Part shown: positions 7,894 to 17,573 of the stretch, piece by piece
Position numbering within the stretch: position 1 is the stretch's first letter
Layout: the number at the start of each line of letters is the position of its first letter
Origin: Acidobacteriaceae bacterium
GTDB taxonomy: Bacteria; Acidobacteriota; Terriglobia; Terriglobales; Acidobacteriaceae
NCBI GenBank assembly: GCA_036498835.1
Contig: DASYEV010000002.1
Location: 1,763 to 65,762 of the forward strand
Length of the DNA stretch: 64,000 nucleotides
Reading direction: 5' to 3'
Position numbers and translations under genes: made by a program
The notes under the pieces: model-generated
The model's input: the letters and a program-made list of their open reading frames with translations, nothing else
What the model was told of the DNA's origin: nothing
The model's database searches: none

Positions 7894-9705
7894 ATGCAGC
7901 CAATATGCCGCGGTTTCCGGGTAATCCGCTGGTTTGTCCTCCTCCTCTGCTTCGGAGGGGCAGCCAACCTGCTGCGGGCGCAAGCGGTAAGCCCCACGGG
8001 AGTGCTTTCCGCCGACCAGGAACCTTCCCCATATGAGGCGGACTTCAAACTGACCTGGGTACTGAGTCCTCCGCCCGGTTCAGGTTTGCCGATTCCTACC
8101 GGTACGGTGATGTTTTCGATTGATACGGGAAGTGTGGGGGTGGTGTCGTTAGCTGGCGGCGTCGCGACGGTGGATCTGCAGATGCAGACCTACTCCATCG
8201 GTTTTCACAAGGTGACTGCGGCATATTCAGGCGATAGCACGTATCTGCCGTATACCCAGTCGTTCAATCATGAGATTCGTAAGCTCAAGAGCGCTATCGT
8301 CCAGAGCCTGACATCCCCGCAGTTCATTTACGGGCAGATTCTGCAGGCACAATCAAGCCTCGCTGCCGTGGAGTCTTCGAGAGACGCCACGCTCAATGGA
8401 GGAACGCTTTCATTCTGGGTCGATAACGTAGACGTCTGCGACCTGGTGTTCGCCGGTGGAAATCAACAGTGTCCAGCTTCGGCCGGCATGGGCTACAACG
8501 TGGGTACACACACCCTGTTCACCACCTACTCCGGCAATGACTATTACTTCTTCTCGCAATCAGCGACCGACACCTTTACGGTGTTCCCGGATGACACGTC
8601 CAATATCCTGACGACCTCGGGGAGTCCCAGTTTTTTCGGACAGGCGGTGACCTTTTCCGCACTGATCCGAGCGCCGTATGCGATCCCGGTAGGCCCGGTC
8701 ACATTTCGGGACGGGGGGGCGCTCCTGGGAACCATCTCCCTGGATGCGACGGGTACCGCCGACCTTTCCACGTCCACCCTTTCGGTCGGCACGCACACGA
8801 TTACGGCAAGCTACGCGGGGAACCAGAATTTCAATCCGCCGCCGGATTCCACGGTTACGCAGGTTGTCATTGTGGCGCCTCCTGTTCCTTCCGCGACGGT
8901 GACGCTGCTGCAGTCGAGTGTGAACCCGTCGACCTTCGGACAAAATGTCACGTTTACCGCTTCAGTCGCGACGACCGGCGCCTTCATCAAGATTCCGGCG
9001 GGCACCCTCACGTTCACCGACGGAGCCACCATGCTGGGGTCCATGGCGCTCGATGCAAGTGGAGTTGCCAAACTCACGACGTCGACGCTCGCCATCGGGC
9101 AGCATCCGATTGTCGCCTCCTACAAGCCGTCTACCCAGAACTTCGTCGCGAGCACCTCAGCTCCCCTGACACAGGTCGTTGTGACGCCGCTGCAGTCGGC
9201 GGGAACAGGCTTCATGCTGACCGTAGCGCCCGCGACCTTTTCGGTGGGTATAGGCAGCACCGTGAGTATCAGCGTTTCGATCCTTGCGCTGAACGGCTTC
9301 GATCAACCGGTGCAGTTAAGCTGCCTCGGCGCGCCGTACGGGACAACGTGCTCGTTCGATGAGGAGACGGTGCCTGTGGGCGGCGGTTCGACCAGAATGG
9401 TGATCCATCCTGCGGCTCCGCACAACTGCGGGTCCGATGTGCCTTACTTCACCGCAACTGGAACGGCGACGGGTGTGCCGGTCTTCGCAGCGGCGATCCT
9501 GCTGCTGTTTCGCAGGCGCCGCCGCGTGATGAAGGGCATTGCTCTTGCCGCTGCGTTGGCGATGCTGACCGTGCTAAGTGGCTGTGGCCGCTGCACCGAT
9601 CTGGGCACGAGACCCGACAACTACACCTTCACCGTGCAGGCTTCATCCACCGGAACGCCCGTGGTGACGCATACGCAGGTGGTGACGATGCATGCGCATA
9701 TTTAG
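7894..9705 (+). CDS. Secreted Ig-like (Big_3-type) repeat surface protein with a C-terminal double-TM/lipobox-like tail
   Basis: N-terminal signal peptide, about four repeats of S.NPS.FGQ.VTF.A...P.G.VTF.DG...LG...LD..G.A...TS.L..G.H.I.A.Y, then TM-RRRRR-TM-LSGC. Confidence 0.85.
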   Translation: MQPICRGFRVIRWFVLLLCFGGAANLLRAQAVSPTGVLSADQEPSPYEADFKLTWVLSPPPGSGLPIPTGTVMFSIDTGSVGVVSLAGGVATVDLQMQTYSIGFHKVTAAYSGDSTYLPYTQSFNHEIRKLKSAIVQSLTSPQFIYGQILQAQSSLAAVESSRDATLNGGTLSFWVDNVDVCDLVFAGGNQQCPASAGMGYNVGTHTLFTTYSGNDYYFFSQSATDTFTVFPDDTSNILTTSGSPSFFGQAVTFSALIRAPYAIPVGPVTFRDGGALLGTISLDATGTADLSTSTLSVGTHTITASYAGNQNFNPPPDSTVTQVVIVAPPVPSATVTLLQSSVNPSTFGQNVTFTASVATTGAFIKIPAGTLTFTDGATMLGSMALDASGVAKLTTSTLAIGQHPIVASYKPSTQNFVASTSAPLTQVVVTPLQSAGTGFMLTVAPATFSVGIGSTVSISVSILALNGFDQPVQLSCLGAPYGTTCSFDEETVPVGGGSTRMVIHPAAPHNCGSDVPYFTATGTATGVPVFAAAILLLFRRRRRVMKGIALAAALAMLTVLSGCGRCTDLGTRPDNYTFTVQASSTGTPVVTHTQVVTMHAHI

Positions 9706-9711
9706 GTGTTA

Positions 9712-9739
9712 GAGAACAGAGATTAGAGAACAGAGATCA
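9712..9739 (+). repeat. Degenerate heptamer array GAGAACA-GAGATTA-GAGAACA-GAGATCA
   Basis: Starts 6 bp after the stop at 9705. Inverted counterpart at 9830-9857. Confidence 0.85.
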
Positions 9740-9780
9740 GGGCAAAGCAGCAGTTTGGATTTGACCAGATGCGCGGCCGA

Positions 9781-9820
9781 AAGAACAGCCGGCAGACTTG
9801 AGTGTCTCCCGGCTGTTCTT
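9781..9820. terminator. Probable bidirectional intrinsic terminator between convergent genes
   Basis: 12-bp perfect stem AAGAACAGCCGG / CCGGCTGTTCTT with purine and pyrimidine tails on either side. Confidence 0.7.
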
Positions 9821-9829
9821 TCATACCGC

Positions 9830-9857
9830 TGTTCTCTAATCTCTGTTCTCTGATCTC
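9830..9857 (-). repeat. Degenerate heptamer array (minus strand GAGATCA-GAGAACA-GAGATTA-GAGAACA)
   Basis: Starts 4 bp after the gdhA stop on the minus strand. Confidence 0.85.
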
Positions 9858-9861
9858 TACA

Positions 9862-11145
9862 TCATGCGTAGATTCCGCGTTGCTTTGTCGTATACGCTAC
9901 GCGGTCGATGGCCAGCATGTAGGCAGCGATGCGGTTGTTGACGTCGTGATTGACGGCGTATTGGACGACATCGTTGAAGCTGTCGACCATGATGCGTTCC
10001 AGGCGCTGGTTCACTTCCGATTCCGTCCAGAAGTAGCCCATGCGGTCCTGGACCCATTCGAAGTAGCTGGTGGTGACGCCACCCGCGTTGGCGAGGATGT
10101 CCGGTACAACCACGATGCCTTTGTCCGCGAGGATGTCATCGGCGACCGTGGTGGTGGGACCGTTGGCTCCTTCAACGAGTACGCGGCACTGGAGCAGACC
10201 GGCGTTGCGGCTGGTAATGACGTTTTCCGTGGCGGCTGGAATCAGCACGTCGCAGTGACGGGTCAGGAGTTCGTCCTTGTCGGCAGTTTCCGCGCCCTTG
10301 AACCCGTGAATCGAGCCGGTGCGGGCTTTGTGTTCCATCAACTCACTGATGTCCAGCCCGCTGGCGTTATACAGGCCGCCATCGTATTCCGCGATACCAA
10401 TGATCTTGTAGCCCATTTCCCAAAGCAGTTTCGCGGAGAAGGAGCCTACATTGCCGAAACCCTGCACGATCACCGTCGCGCCTTGCGGCGACATGTTCAT
10501 GTGCTTCAGGGCCTCGTTGGTGACGATGCTGACGCCGCGGCCTGTGGCTTCACGGCGTCCACGCGAACCGCCGATGTTGACCGGCTTCCCGGTCACCACG
10601 CTCGTGCAGGTCTGGCCGACGTGCATGGAGTAGGTGTCCATGATCCAGGCCATCGTCTGCTCATTGGTGTTCATATCCGGAGCGGGAACGTCTTTTTCCG
10701 GCCCCAGGAATTCGATCAGGCTGGCTGTGTAACGGCGTGTGATGCGTTCGAGCTCGCCTTGGCTGAGGTTCTTGGGGTCGCAGATCACGCCGCCCTTGGC
10801 TCCGCCGAAAGGGATGTTGACCACGGCGCACTTCCAGGTCATCCAGCTTGCCAGTGCGCGTACTTCGTCGAGGGACACATCGGGCGAGTAGCGGATGCCG
10901 CCCTTGCCGGGACCGCGTGCGACCGAGTGCTGCACACGATAGCCGGTGAAGACTTCGATGGTGCCGTCGTCCATGTTGACCGGGATGTGAACAATGATTT
11001 CGCGGGAAGGGTAACGAAGGACTTTCCAGATGCCTGGATCAAGTTTGAGTTTTTCCGCGGCCAGATCGAAGCGCGCTGCCTGCGCTACCCAGGGATTGGT
11101 TTCCTGCTCCAGGGTAAGCGGAGCGGAAACTGTTGTTGCTGCCAT
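9862..11145 (-). CDS. gdhA: Glutamate dehydrogenase (Glu/Leu/Phe/Val dehydrogenase family)
   Basis: [61 protein letters not shown] and SYFEWVQ. Start at 11145 with an AAGGA RBS. Confidence 0.92.
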   Translation of the reverse strand: MAATTVSAPLTLEQETNPWVAQAARFDLAAEKLKLDPGIWKVLRYPSREIIVHIPVNMDDGTIEVFTGYRVQHSVARGPGKGGIRYSPDVSLDEVRALASWMTWKCAVVNIPFGGAKGGVICDPKNLSQGELERITRRYTASLIEFLGPEKDVPAPDMNTNEQTMAWIMDTYSMHVGQTCTSVVTGKPVNIGGSRGRREATGRGVSIVTNEALKHMNMSPQGATVIVQGFGNVGSFSAKLLWEMGYKIIGIAEYDGGLYNASGLDISELMEHKARTGSIHGFKGAETADKDELLTRHCDVLIPAATENVITSRNAGLLQCRVLVEGANGPTTTVADDILADKGIVVVPDILANAGGVTTSYFEWVQDRMGYFWTESEVNQRLERIMVDSFNDVVQYAVNHDVNNRIAAYMLAIDRVAYTTKQRGIYA

Positions 11146-11543
11146 ACTGCCATCCTTTGGTGATGCATGAACTGGATGAGCGGCCAGCGCCGCGCCATCC
11201 GGTATCAATCGTTCTCCGGCCATCGCTGTTCCTCCGTGGGTGCGGCTCATCTTGTATTCTGACGCGCCCGCCGCTCAATTGGAGGAACAAAATTCGTACT
11301 TCTGGCCAGACCGGTCTGTGGCCAAACCCGAGGAGTATAGGCTCGCAGAAAAACCATAAGCAAGCCGTTAAGATACGGCTTTCGTTCAAGGGACATCCCC
11401 CGGCACGTGCATCGAAATAGGCCGGATTTTGGCGGGTTCGTAAACCTCTGGTCGAAGCATCGGATGCTGTAAGACAGGCTTAGAGCCATGGGGCACCTTG
11501 GGCGACCGTCGTTCTTCGGCGTTGCCCCGGTATCATGTGGGGG

Positions 11544-13058
11544 ATGCCTTTCTCGCGTACCCCAACCACACCCGCTTTCCGTGAGTTCCAAAGGCTTGCG
11601 CGAGCCCACTCGCTGGTCCCGGTGACTCGGACGGTCGCCGCCGACCTGGAAACGCCGGTTTCCGCCTTTCTGCGCGTAGCCGCGCGGGAGCCCGAAGCTT
11701 TCCTGCTGGAGTCGGTCGAGGGCGGCGAGCATGTGGGGCGATACACCTTTATCGGGATCCGACCTTATCGCAAGATGACGGCGAGCGAGGGCCAGATTAC
11801 AGTCACCGAAGGCCGCAAGCGGCGTAAGTATGCTGGCGATATCTTTTCGGAGTTGAAGGCGGTGCTTGAAGATGCCCGTCCCGCTAAACTGCCGGGACTG
11901 CCGCCATTCACAGCGGGCGCGGTGGGTTTTTTTAGTTACGACGTCGTCCGCCGTATTGAAAAGCTGCCGGAGCTGACGGCGGATGAACTTCACGTCCCCG
12001 ATGCCCACCTGATGTTTTTCGACGAGGTGCTGGCCTTCGACCATGTGAAAAAGGCCATCCACCTGATCGTGACTGCAGGCGCCCGCCAAAAAGCGGATAG
12101 GCGTGGGTATGAGGACGCGAACAAGCGGCTCGACCGTCTGGAACGCATGTTGAATGCGGCTCTTCCCAAGCAGGCGAAACGCGGAGCCAAAGGGCCGCTG
12201 AAGCTGAAAGCGCGCACGGCGAAAGCGCAGTTCATGCGCTCGGTGGCGAAGACCAAGGAATACATCGCCGCCGGCGACATTTTTCAGTGCGTCCTGTCCC
12301 AGCGTTTCGACTGCAAACCGGGTGTCGATCCGTTCGAGATCTATCGTTCCCTGCGCATCGTGAATCCCTCACCCTACATGTATTTCCTGCGTTTCGGGCT
12401 GGATGGGGGCAAGAAGAAGCAGCGCGAAGCTCACATCGTGGGGTCGTCGCCTGAATTGTTGGTGCGTGTCCACGATGACGTGGTGGAGTACCGGCCAATC
12501 GCCGGAACGCGCCCCCGCGGTTCGAGCGAGGCGCAGGATCGGGACTTCGAAGAAAGTCTTCGTGCCGATGCGAAGGAGGTCGCCGAGCACGTGATGCTGG
12601 TGGACCTCGGCCGCAATGACGTGGGACGTGTCAGCGAGTTCGGCACCGTTAAGGTGAAGGATCTGATGTTCATCGAGCGTTATTCCCACGTCATGCATCT
12701 GGTGAGCGCGATTGAAGGCAGGCTGCGCAAGGGCTTGGCGCCGATCGATGCGTTCCGCGCCTGTTTTCCCGCGGGAACGCTATCTGGCGCGCCCAAGATT
12801 CGCGCCATGGAAATTATCGAAGAGCTCGAGCCGGCGCGGCGCGGCGTCTATGGTGGCGCGATCTTCTATGCCGACTTCAACGGCAACCTGGACTCCTGCA
12901 TCGCCATCCGCACTCTGTTCATGGATGGCGAGAATGGTTACATCCAGGCAGGCGCAGGTGTGGTCGCCGACTCCGTGCCGGAAAAAGAACACGAAGAGTG
13001 CGTGAACAAATCGAAGGCCGTGGTACGAGCGATCGAACGCGCCCGGCAGTCCGCATAA
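11544..13058 (+). CDS. trpE: Anthranilate synthase component I
   Basis: DLETPVSAF, FLLESVEGGE..GRYTFIG, NPSPYM, GSSPELL, PIAGTRPRG, EHVMLVDLGRND, FPAGTLSGAPKIRAMEII and IAIRT. Confidence 0.9.
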   Translation: MPFSRTPTTPAFREFQRLARAHSLVPVTRTVAADLETPVSAFLRVAAREPEAFLLESVEGGEHVGRYTFIGIRPYRKMTASEGQITVTEGRKRRKYAGDIFSELKAVLEDARPAKLPGLPPFTAGAVGFFSYDVVRRIEKLPELTADELHVPDAHLMFFDEVLAFDHVKKAIHLIVTAGARQKADRRGYEDANKRLDRLERMLNAALPKQAKRGAKGPLKLKARTAKAQFMRSVAKTKEYIAAGDIFQCVLSQRFDCKPGVDPFEIYRSLRIVNPSPYMYFLRFGLDGGKKKQREAHIVGSSPELLVRVHDDVVEYRPIAGTRPRGSSEAQDRDFEESLRADAKEVAEHVMLVDLGRNDVGRVSEFGTVKVKDLMFIERYSHVMHLVSAIEGRLRKGLAPIDAFRACFPAGTLSGAPKIRAMEIIEELEPARRGVYGGAIFYADFNGNLDSCIAIRTLFMDGENGYIQAGAGVVADSVPEKEHEECVNKSKAVVRAIERARQSA

Positions 13059-13114
13059 GACAAGCTTTCCGGATAACCACGGTGTCAATGAGATCGTGAT
13101 CCAGCCACGGAATC

Positions 13115-13329
13115 GGGTGGCCCATCCTTTCACGCTTTTGTGAAAGGGTGGGGTATCGCGTGCGGAGCACGCGACCGCTTCTGCCCATGCATGGGTGGAG
13201 AAAACCTTCTTGGCCAAGCCTCATGCATTTGCCGCTCGTCGTGAACACCGGCCCGCATCATCGTGGCCGCCCGAGACAAAGGCGGGAGCACCCCACCCTT
13301 CGCAAGAAGCCGCGAAGGATGGGCCACCC
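13115..13329. repeat. Inverted pair of CCCACCC...GGGCCACCC-type REP elements (13115-13153 and 13291-13329)
   Basis: GGGTGGCCCATCCTTTCAC-GCTTTT-GTGAAAGGGTGGGG versus CCCCACCCTTCGC-AAGAAGCC-GCGAAGGATGGGCCACCC, between convergent genes. Confidence 0.75.
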
Positions 13330-13346
13330 GACCTGTGGTGACGAAC

Positions 13347-14252
13347 CTACGTCCCTGTACTGCTGATCCGTTTGTGGTTCTCGCGCAACAGCGCCAGAAA
13401 CTCGTTCAACGCTGGGCCTTCATTGCGCGGGTTCCACGCCACCGACACACCCAGCGACAACGTATTGGGAACAAGCGTGCTGAAGTCGAGGATGCGTGTC
13501 TGCAGGTGGCGCGCCCCGGAAGGCACCAGCGCGATGCCTTCCCCGGCCTCGACAAGTGTGAGGATGCCGGACCATGTATCCGAGGTATTCACAATGTTGG
13601 GCGAAAAACCCGCTGCCGTACACATGGTCACAATGCTGTCGTAGAGCAAGGCGTTGGTGCGTCGGTTATGGAGTACCAGGCGCTCATGACGCAGCTCGCT
13701 GAGTGGGAACTCCTTGCCCGCAAGCTTGTGGTCGCTCGGTACCGCAACGACGATAGGATCGCGGTAGAGTAGCTCCGAGCGCAGGATGCGGTCATAGGGC
13801 GGTTCCAGCGGGCGCGTCAGGCCGACATCGATACGGCCGTTTTCCAATGCCTCGGTCTGCTCGCGCGTGTGCATGTCGATGAGCGAAAGGCGGATGCCTG
13901 GATGGCGGCTGCGGTATTCGCGAATAATCCGGGGAAAAAACCCGCCGGCTCCCCAGAGAAAGAACCCGATCGACAGCGTACCGATTTCTCCGCGAAGCGA
14001 ACGTTGGGTGCGTTCCACAGCCCGGTTGGCTGCTTCCAGCGTCTTGCGTGCTTCCTCCAGAAAGACACGTCCCTGCGGCGTGAGCTGAACCCGGCGGCCG
14101 GAGCGGTCGAGGAGCGAACCGCCAATTTCATTTTCCAGGTCCAGAATCTGCTCGCTGATAGATGATTGAGAGACACGGAGCCGCTGACCGGCGGCTGTAA
14201 AGCTGCCAAACTCAGCGACGGCCTCAAAGTAGCGCAGGTGTCGCAGTTCCAT
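13347..14252 (-). CDS. LysR-family transcriptional regulator
   Basis: MELRHLRYFEAVAEFGSFTAAGQRLRVSQSSISEQILDLENEIGG HTH plus substrate-binding domain. Divergent from the RND operon. Confidence 0.93.
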   Translation of the reverse strand: MELRHLRYFEAVAEFGSFTAAGQRLRVSQSSISEQILDLENEIGGSLLDRSGRRVQLTPQGRVFLEEARKTLEAANRAVERTQRSLRGEIGTLSIGFFLWGAGGFFPRIIREYRSRHPGIRLSLIDMHTREQTEALENGRIDVGLTRPLEPPYDRILRSELLYRDPIVVAVPSDHKLAGKEFPLSELRHERLVLHNRRTNALLYDSIVTMCTAAGFSPNIVNTSDTWSGILTLVEAGEGIALVPSGARHLQTRILDFSTLVPNTLSLGVSVAWNPRNEGPALNEFLALLRENHKRISSTGT

Positions 14253-14262
14253 ACCCGGCATT

Positions 14263-14281
14263 CTATCGGTTTATCCGATAG
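14263..14281. promoter_or_regulatory. LysR recognition site (CTATCGG-N5-CCGATAG, containing T-N11-A)
   Basis: Dyad symmetry ATCG-N7-CGAT 11 bp upstream of the LysR start, the canonical LTTR arrangement. Confidence 0.7.
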
Positions 14282-14363
14282 TTGTGGCCGGAAATAACTG
14301 TGCAACGGATAGATGGGCTGGGATGTCTTTAAGAGAGACTTCTGTCACGGAGCGCCGCAAAGC

Positions 14364-17300
14364 ATGTGGATTGTTCGAATCGCCCTGAACCGGCCCTACA
14401 CGTTTATCGTTCTGGCGATCCTGATTCTGATTGCAGCGCCGGTCGTGATCATGCGCACGCCGACCGACATCTTCCCCAACATCAATATCCCGGTGGTTTC
14501 GATTGCCTGGCAATACACGGGTCTAAGCCCGGATGAGCTGGAAGGCCGCCTCACTACGCCGTACGAAAAAGCCGTCACCACGCTGGTGGACAACGTGGAG
14601 CACATCGAATCGACCACGCTGAACGGTGAGGCGATCGTCAAAGTTTATCTGCAGCCGGGCGCATCGCTGGATACTGCGAATGCGCAGGTCTCGGCGGCGT
14701 CTGAGTTCATGCTGCGGCAACTGCCTCCGGGCATTCTTCCTCCGCAGATCATCAATTTCTCCGCATCCAGCGTGCCGATTTTGCAGCTTGGACTTTCAGG
14801 GAAGGGGCTCTCGGAACAGCAGTTGAACGACTATGGCGTCAACCAGGTGCGTCCGCAGCTGGTGACGGTCCGCGGCGCCGTGATGCCGAACGCGTACGGC
14901 GGCAAACAGCGTTCGATCATGATCTTTCTCGATCCGAAGCTGCTGCAGGCCAAGGGACTTGCCCCGGTCGACGTGCTGACTGCATTGGCGCAGCAGAACG
15001 TTGTGGAACCGGGAGGCACGGCGAAGATCGGCTCGGCCGAGTATGACGTCAAGCTCAACAGCTCGGCTTCCACCATCGAAGGCCTGGCGAACCTGCCCAT
15101 CCGCCAGATCAACGGCGCCATGGTGTACGTGCGTGATGTAGCCAACGTTGCGGATGGAAACATTCCGCAAACCAACATTGTGCGTCAGGATGGCCGCCGC
15201 GGCGTGCTGCTGAGCTTGCTGAAATCGGGCAATGCGTCCACGTTGGATGTCGTTAAGGGCGTGCTTGGGCTGTTGCCGCGCGTGAAGCAGATTGTGCCTT
15301 CGCTCACCATCACGCCTATCGGAAACCAGGCGGTCTTCGTGCGTGGATCCGTCAACGGCGTCATCCGCGAAGCGGTGATTGCCGCGGCTCTGACCGGTCT
15401 GATGATTCTGCTGTTCCTCGGCTCCTGGCGCTCGACCTTGATCATTGCGGTGTCCATTCCGCTCTCGATCCTGACCTCGATCATCATCCTGGGCCTGTTG
15501 GGCGAGACCATCAACATCATGACGCTGGGAGGGCTCGCACTGGCGGTCGGCATCCTGGTCGACGATGCGACGGTCACTATTGAAAACATCGAGCGCTACC
15601 TGGAAGAAGGCCACGGCCTGCATGATGCCATTCTGGAAGGCGCCGCGCAGATCTCAGTCCCAGCGCTTGTCTCCACGCTGTGTATCTGCATCGTGTTTCT
15701 TCCGATGTTCTTTCTGGCGGGCGTATCGCGTTACCTCTTTGTGCCGCTGGCGGAAGCGGTGGTCTTCGCGATGCTGGCCTCCTATGTGCTTTCGCGAACC
15801 CTGGTGCCGACACTGGCCATGTACCTGCTGAAAGCGCATGACCACCACAAGGCTCCATCGCGCAATCCGCTGGCGCGCTTTCAGAAGGCGTTTGAGCGTG
15901 TCTTCGAGCGGACGCGTGCAGGCTATACCGCCCTGCTGACCCGGCTGGTGAATGCGCGCGTGCTGTTTCTCCCTGTGTTTCTCGCCGGCTGTGTGCTCAT
16001 GATGCTGCTGGTGCCAACGCTGGGCCAGAACTTTTTCCCCGCGACCGACAACGGTTCCTTCATCCTGCATGTGCGCGCCAAGACCGGTACCCGCATTGAG
16101 GAAACCGCGCGCCTTTGCGACGACGTGGAGAAGTCCATCCGCGCAACCGTTCCCGCCAACCAGATGGACAACATCCTGGACAACATCGGGCTGCCGTATT
16201 CCACGTTGAATACGCAGCACGCGACCAGCGGTCTGTTCGGCGCCGCCGATGCGGACATCATGGTGTCGTTGCGTGAGAACCATGGGCCTACGGCCGACTT
16301 TGTGCGCACACTGCGCCAGCGCCTGCCGCGCGAGTATCCGGGAACGACGTTTTACTTTTTGCCTTCGGATATCGTGACCCAGATCCTGAACTTCGGCCTG
16401 CCGGCGCCCATCGACGTGCAGGTTGAAGGGACGGATGACGCGGGCAATCGTAAAGTGGCGACCAAAATTCTGCAGGAACTTCGCCAGGTTCCCGGTTTGA
16501 CCGACATTCGTCTGCAGCAGCCCAACGACTATCCCGTGCTGAACCTGAGCGTGGACCGTACCAAGGCGCAGCAGGGCGGCTATACCGAGCGCGATGTGGG
16601 CACGTCGGTGCTCAATATCCTGTCGGGCTCGTCGCAGCTTTCGCCGATGTTCTTTCTCAACACTCGCAACGGCGTGCTCTACAACATCGTGGCGGAGAGC
16701 CCGCAATACAACATCAACTCCCTGGGCGACCTGCAGAACATCCCGCTCACTGCGCCCAATGCGCGGCGTCCGGAAATCCTCGCGGATGTTGCGGATATCG
16801 ACCGCTCCTCGGAAGTTCCCATCATCTCGCACTACAACATCCGCCGCGTGCTGGACGTTTATGCGAATGTGCAGGACCGCGATCTTGGCTCTGTGGCGAA
16901 GCAGGTGGAGAAGATCATCGACGAGAATCGCCCGTCGTTGAGCACCGGCAACTTTATCCGTATGCGCGGGCAGGTAGACACCATGCGCAGCTCCTACACC
17001 GGTCTGCTGTTCGGGCTCATGTTCTCGATCGTGCTGGTGTACCTGCTGATCGTGGTGAACTTCCAGTCATGGCTGGATCCATTCATCATCATCACTGCGT
17101 TGCCCGCGGCGCTGGCCGGCATCGTGCTCTTCCTGTTCCTTACCGGCACAACCTTGTCGGTTCCGGCTTTGATGGGCGCGATCATGTGTATGGGGGTGGC
17201 CACCGCGAACTCGATCCTGGTGGTGTCGTTTGCCAAGGACCGCCTGCTGGAAGTTGGCGATGCGGTGCAGGCAGCCATTGAAGCGGGCGCAACGCGCTTT

Positions 17301-17540
17301 CGTCCGGTCATGATGACGGCTCTGGCCATGATCATCGGCATGATTCCGATGGCGCTGGGTGCAGGCGAGGGCGGCGAGCAGAATGCTCCACTGGGACGCG
17401 CCGTGATCGGCGGTCTGTGCCTGGCGACTGTTGCCACCCTGGTTTTTGTTCCCGCGGTGTTTGCCATGCTGCATGGCGGCGGGAAACACAAGAAATCCGT
17501 GGTGGAAGCTCCACCCGAAAGCGCGCACGCGACCGCATGA
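14364..17540 (+). CDS. RND efflux transporter permease subunit (AcrB/MdtB-like)
   Basis: About 1058 aa from MWIVRIAL. Motifs DIFPNINIPVV, INIMTLGGLALAVGILVDDATV and RFRPVMMT. Confidence 0.93.
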   Translation: MWIVRIALNRPYTFIVLAILILIAAPVVIMRTPTDIFPNINIPVVSIAWQYTGLSPDELEGRLTTPYEKAVTTLVDNVEHIESTTLNGEAIVKVYLQPGASLDTANAQVSAASEFMLRQLPPGILPPQIINFSASSVPILQLGLSGKGLSEQQLNDYGVNQVRPQLVTVRGAVMPNAYGGKQRSIMIFLDPKLLQAKGLAPVDVLTALAQQNVVEPGGTAKIGSAEYDVKLNSSASTIEGLANLPIRQINGAMVYVRDVANVADGNIPQTNIVRQDGRRGVLLSLLKSGNASTLDVVKGVLGLLPRVKQIVPSLTITPIGNQAVFVRGSVNGVIREAVIAAALTGLMILLFLGSWRSTLIIAVSIPLSILTSIIILGLLGETINIMTLGGLALAVGILVDDATVTIENIERYLEEGHGLHDAILEGAAQISVPALVSTLCICIVFLPMFFLAGVSRYLFVPLAEAVVFAMLASYVLSRTLVPTLAMYLLKAHDHHKAPSRNPLARFQKAFERVFERTRAGYTALLTRLVNARVLFLPVFLAGCVLMMLLVPTLGQNFFPATDNGSFILHVRAKTGTRIEETARLCDDVEKSIRATVPANQMDNILDNIGLPYSTLNTQHATSGLFGAADADIMVSLRENHGPTADFVRTLRQRLPREYPGTTFYFLPSDIVTQILNFGLPAPIDVQVEGTDDAGNRKVATKILQELRQVPGLTDIRLQQPNDYPVLNLSVDRTKAQQGGYTERDVGTSVLNILSGSSQLSPMFFLNTRNGVLYNIVAESPQYNINSLGDLQNIPLTAPNARRPEILADVADIDRSSEVPIISHYNIRRVLDVYANVQDRDLGSVAKQVEKIIDENRPSLSTGNFIRMRGQVDTMRSSYTGLLFGLMFSIVLVYLLIVVNFQSWLDPFIIITALPAALAGIVLFLFLTGTTLSVPALMGAIMCMGVATANSILVVSFAKDRLLEVGDAVQAAIEAGATRFRPVMMTALAMIIGMIPMALGAGEGGEQNAPLGRAVIGGLCLATVATLVFVPAVFAMLHGGGKHKKSVVEAPPESAHATA

Positions 17541-17573
17541 ATGCGAAGCGCATGTTGACTGGAGAATTTTGAG

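Noticed and set aside
9802-11163. 453-aa ORF antisense to gdhA; similar long antisense ORFs at 4062-5528, 15654-16832, 47650-49350 and 53849-55411
   Set aside because: They are shadow ORFs of well-supported genes in high-GC DNA, with no recognisable motifs or RBS.
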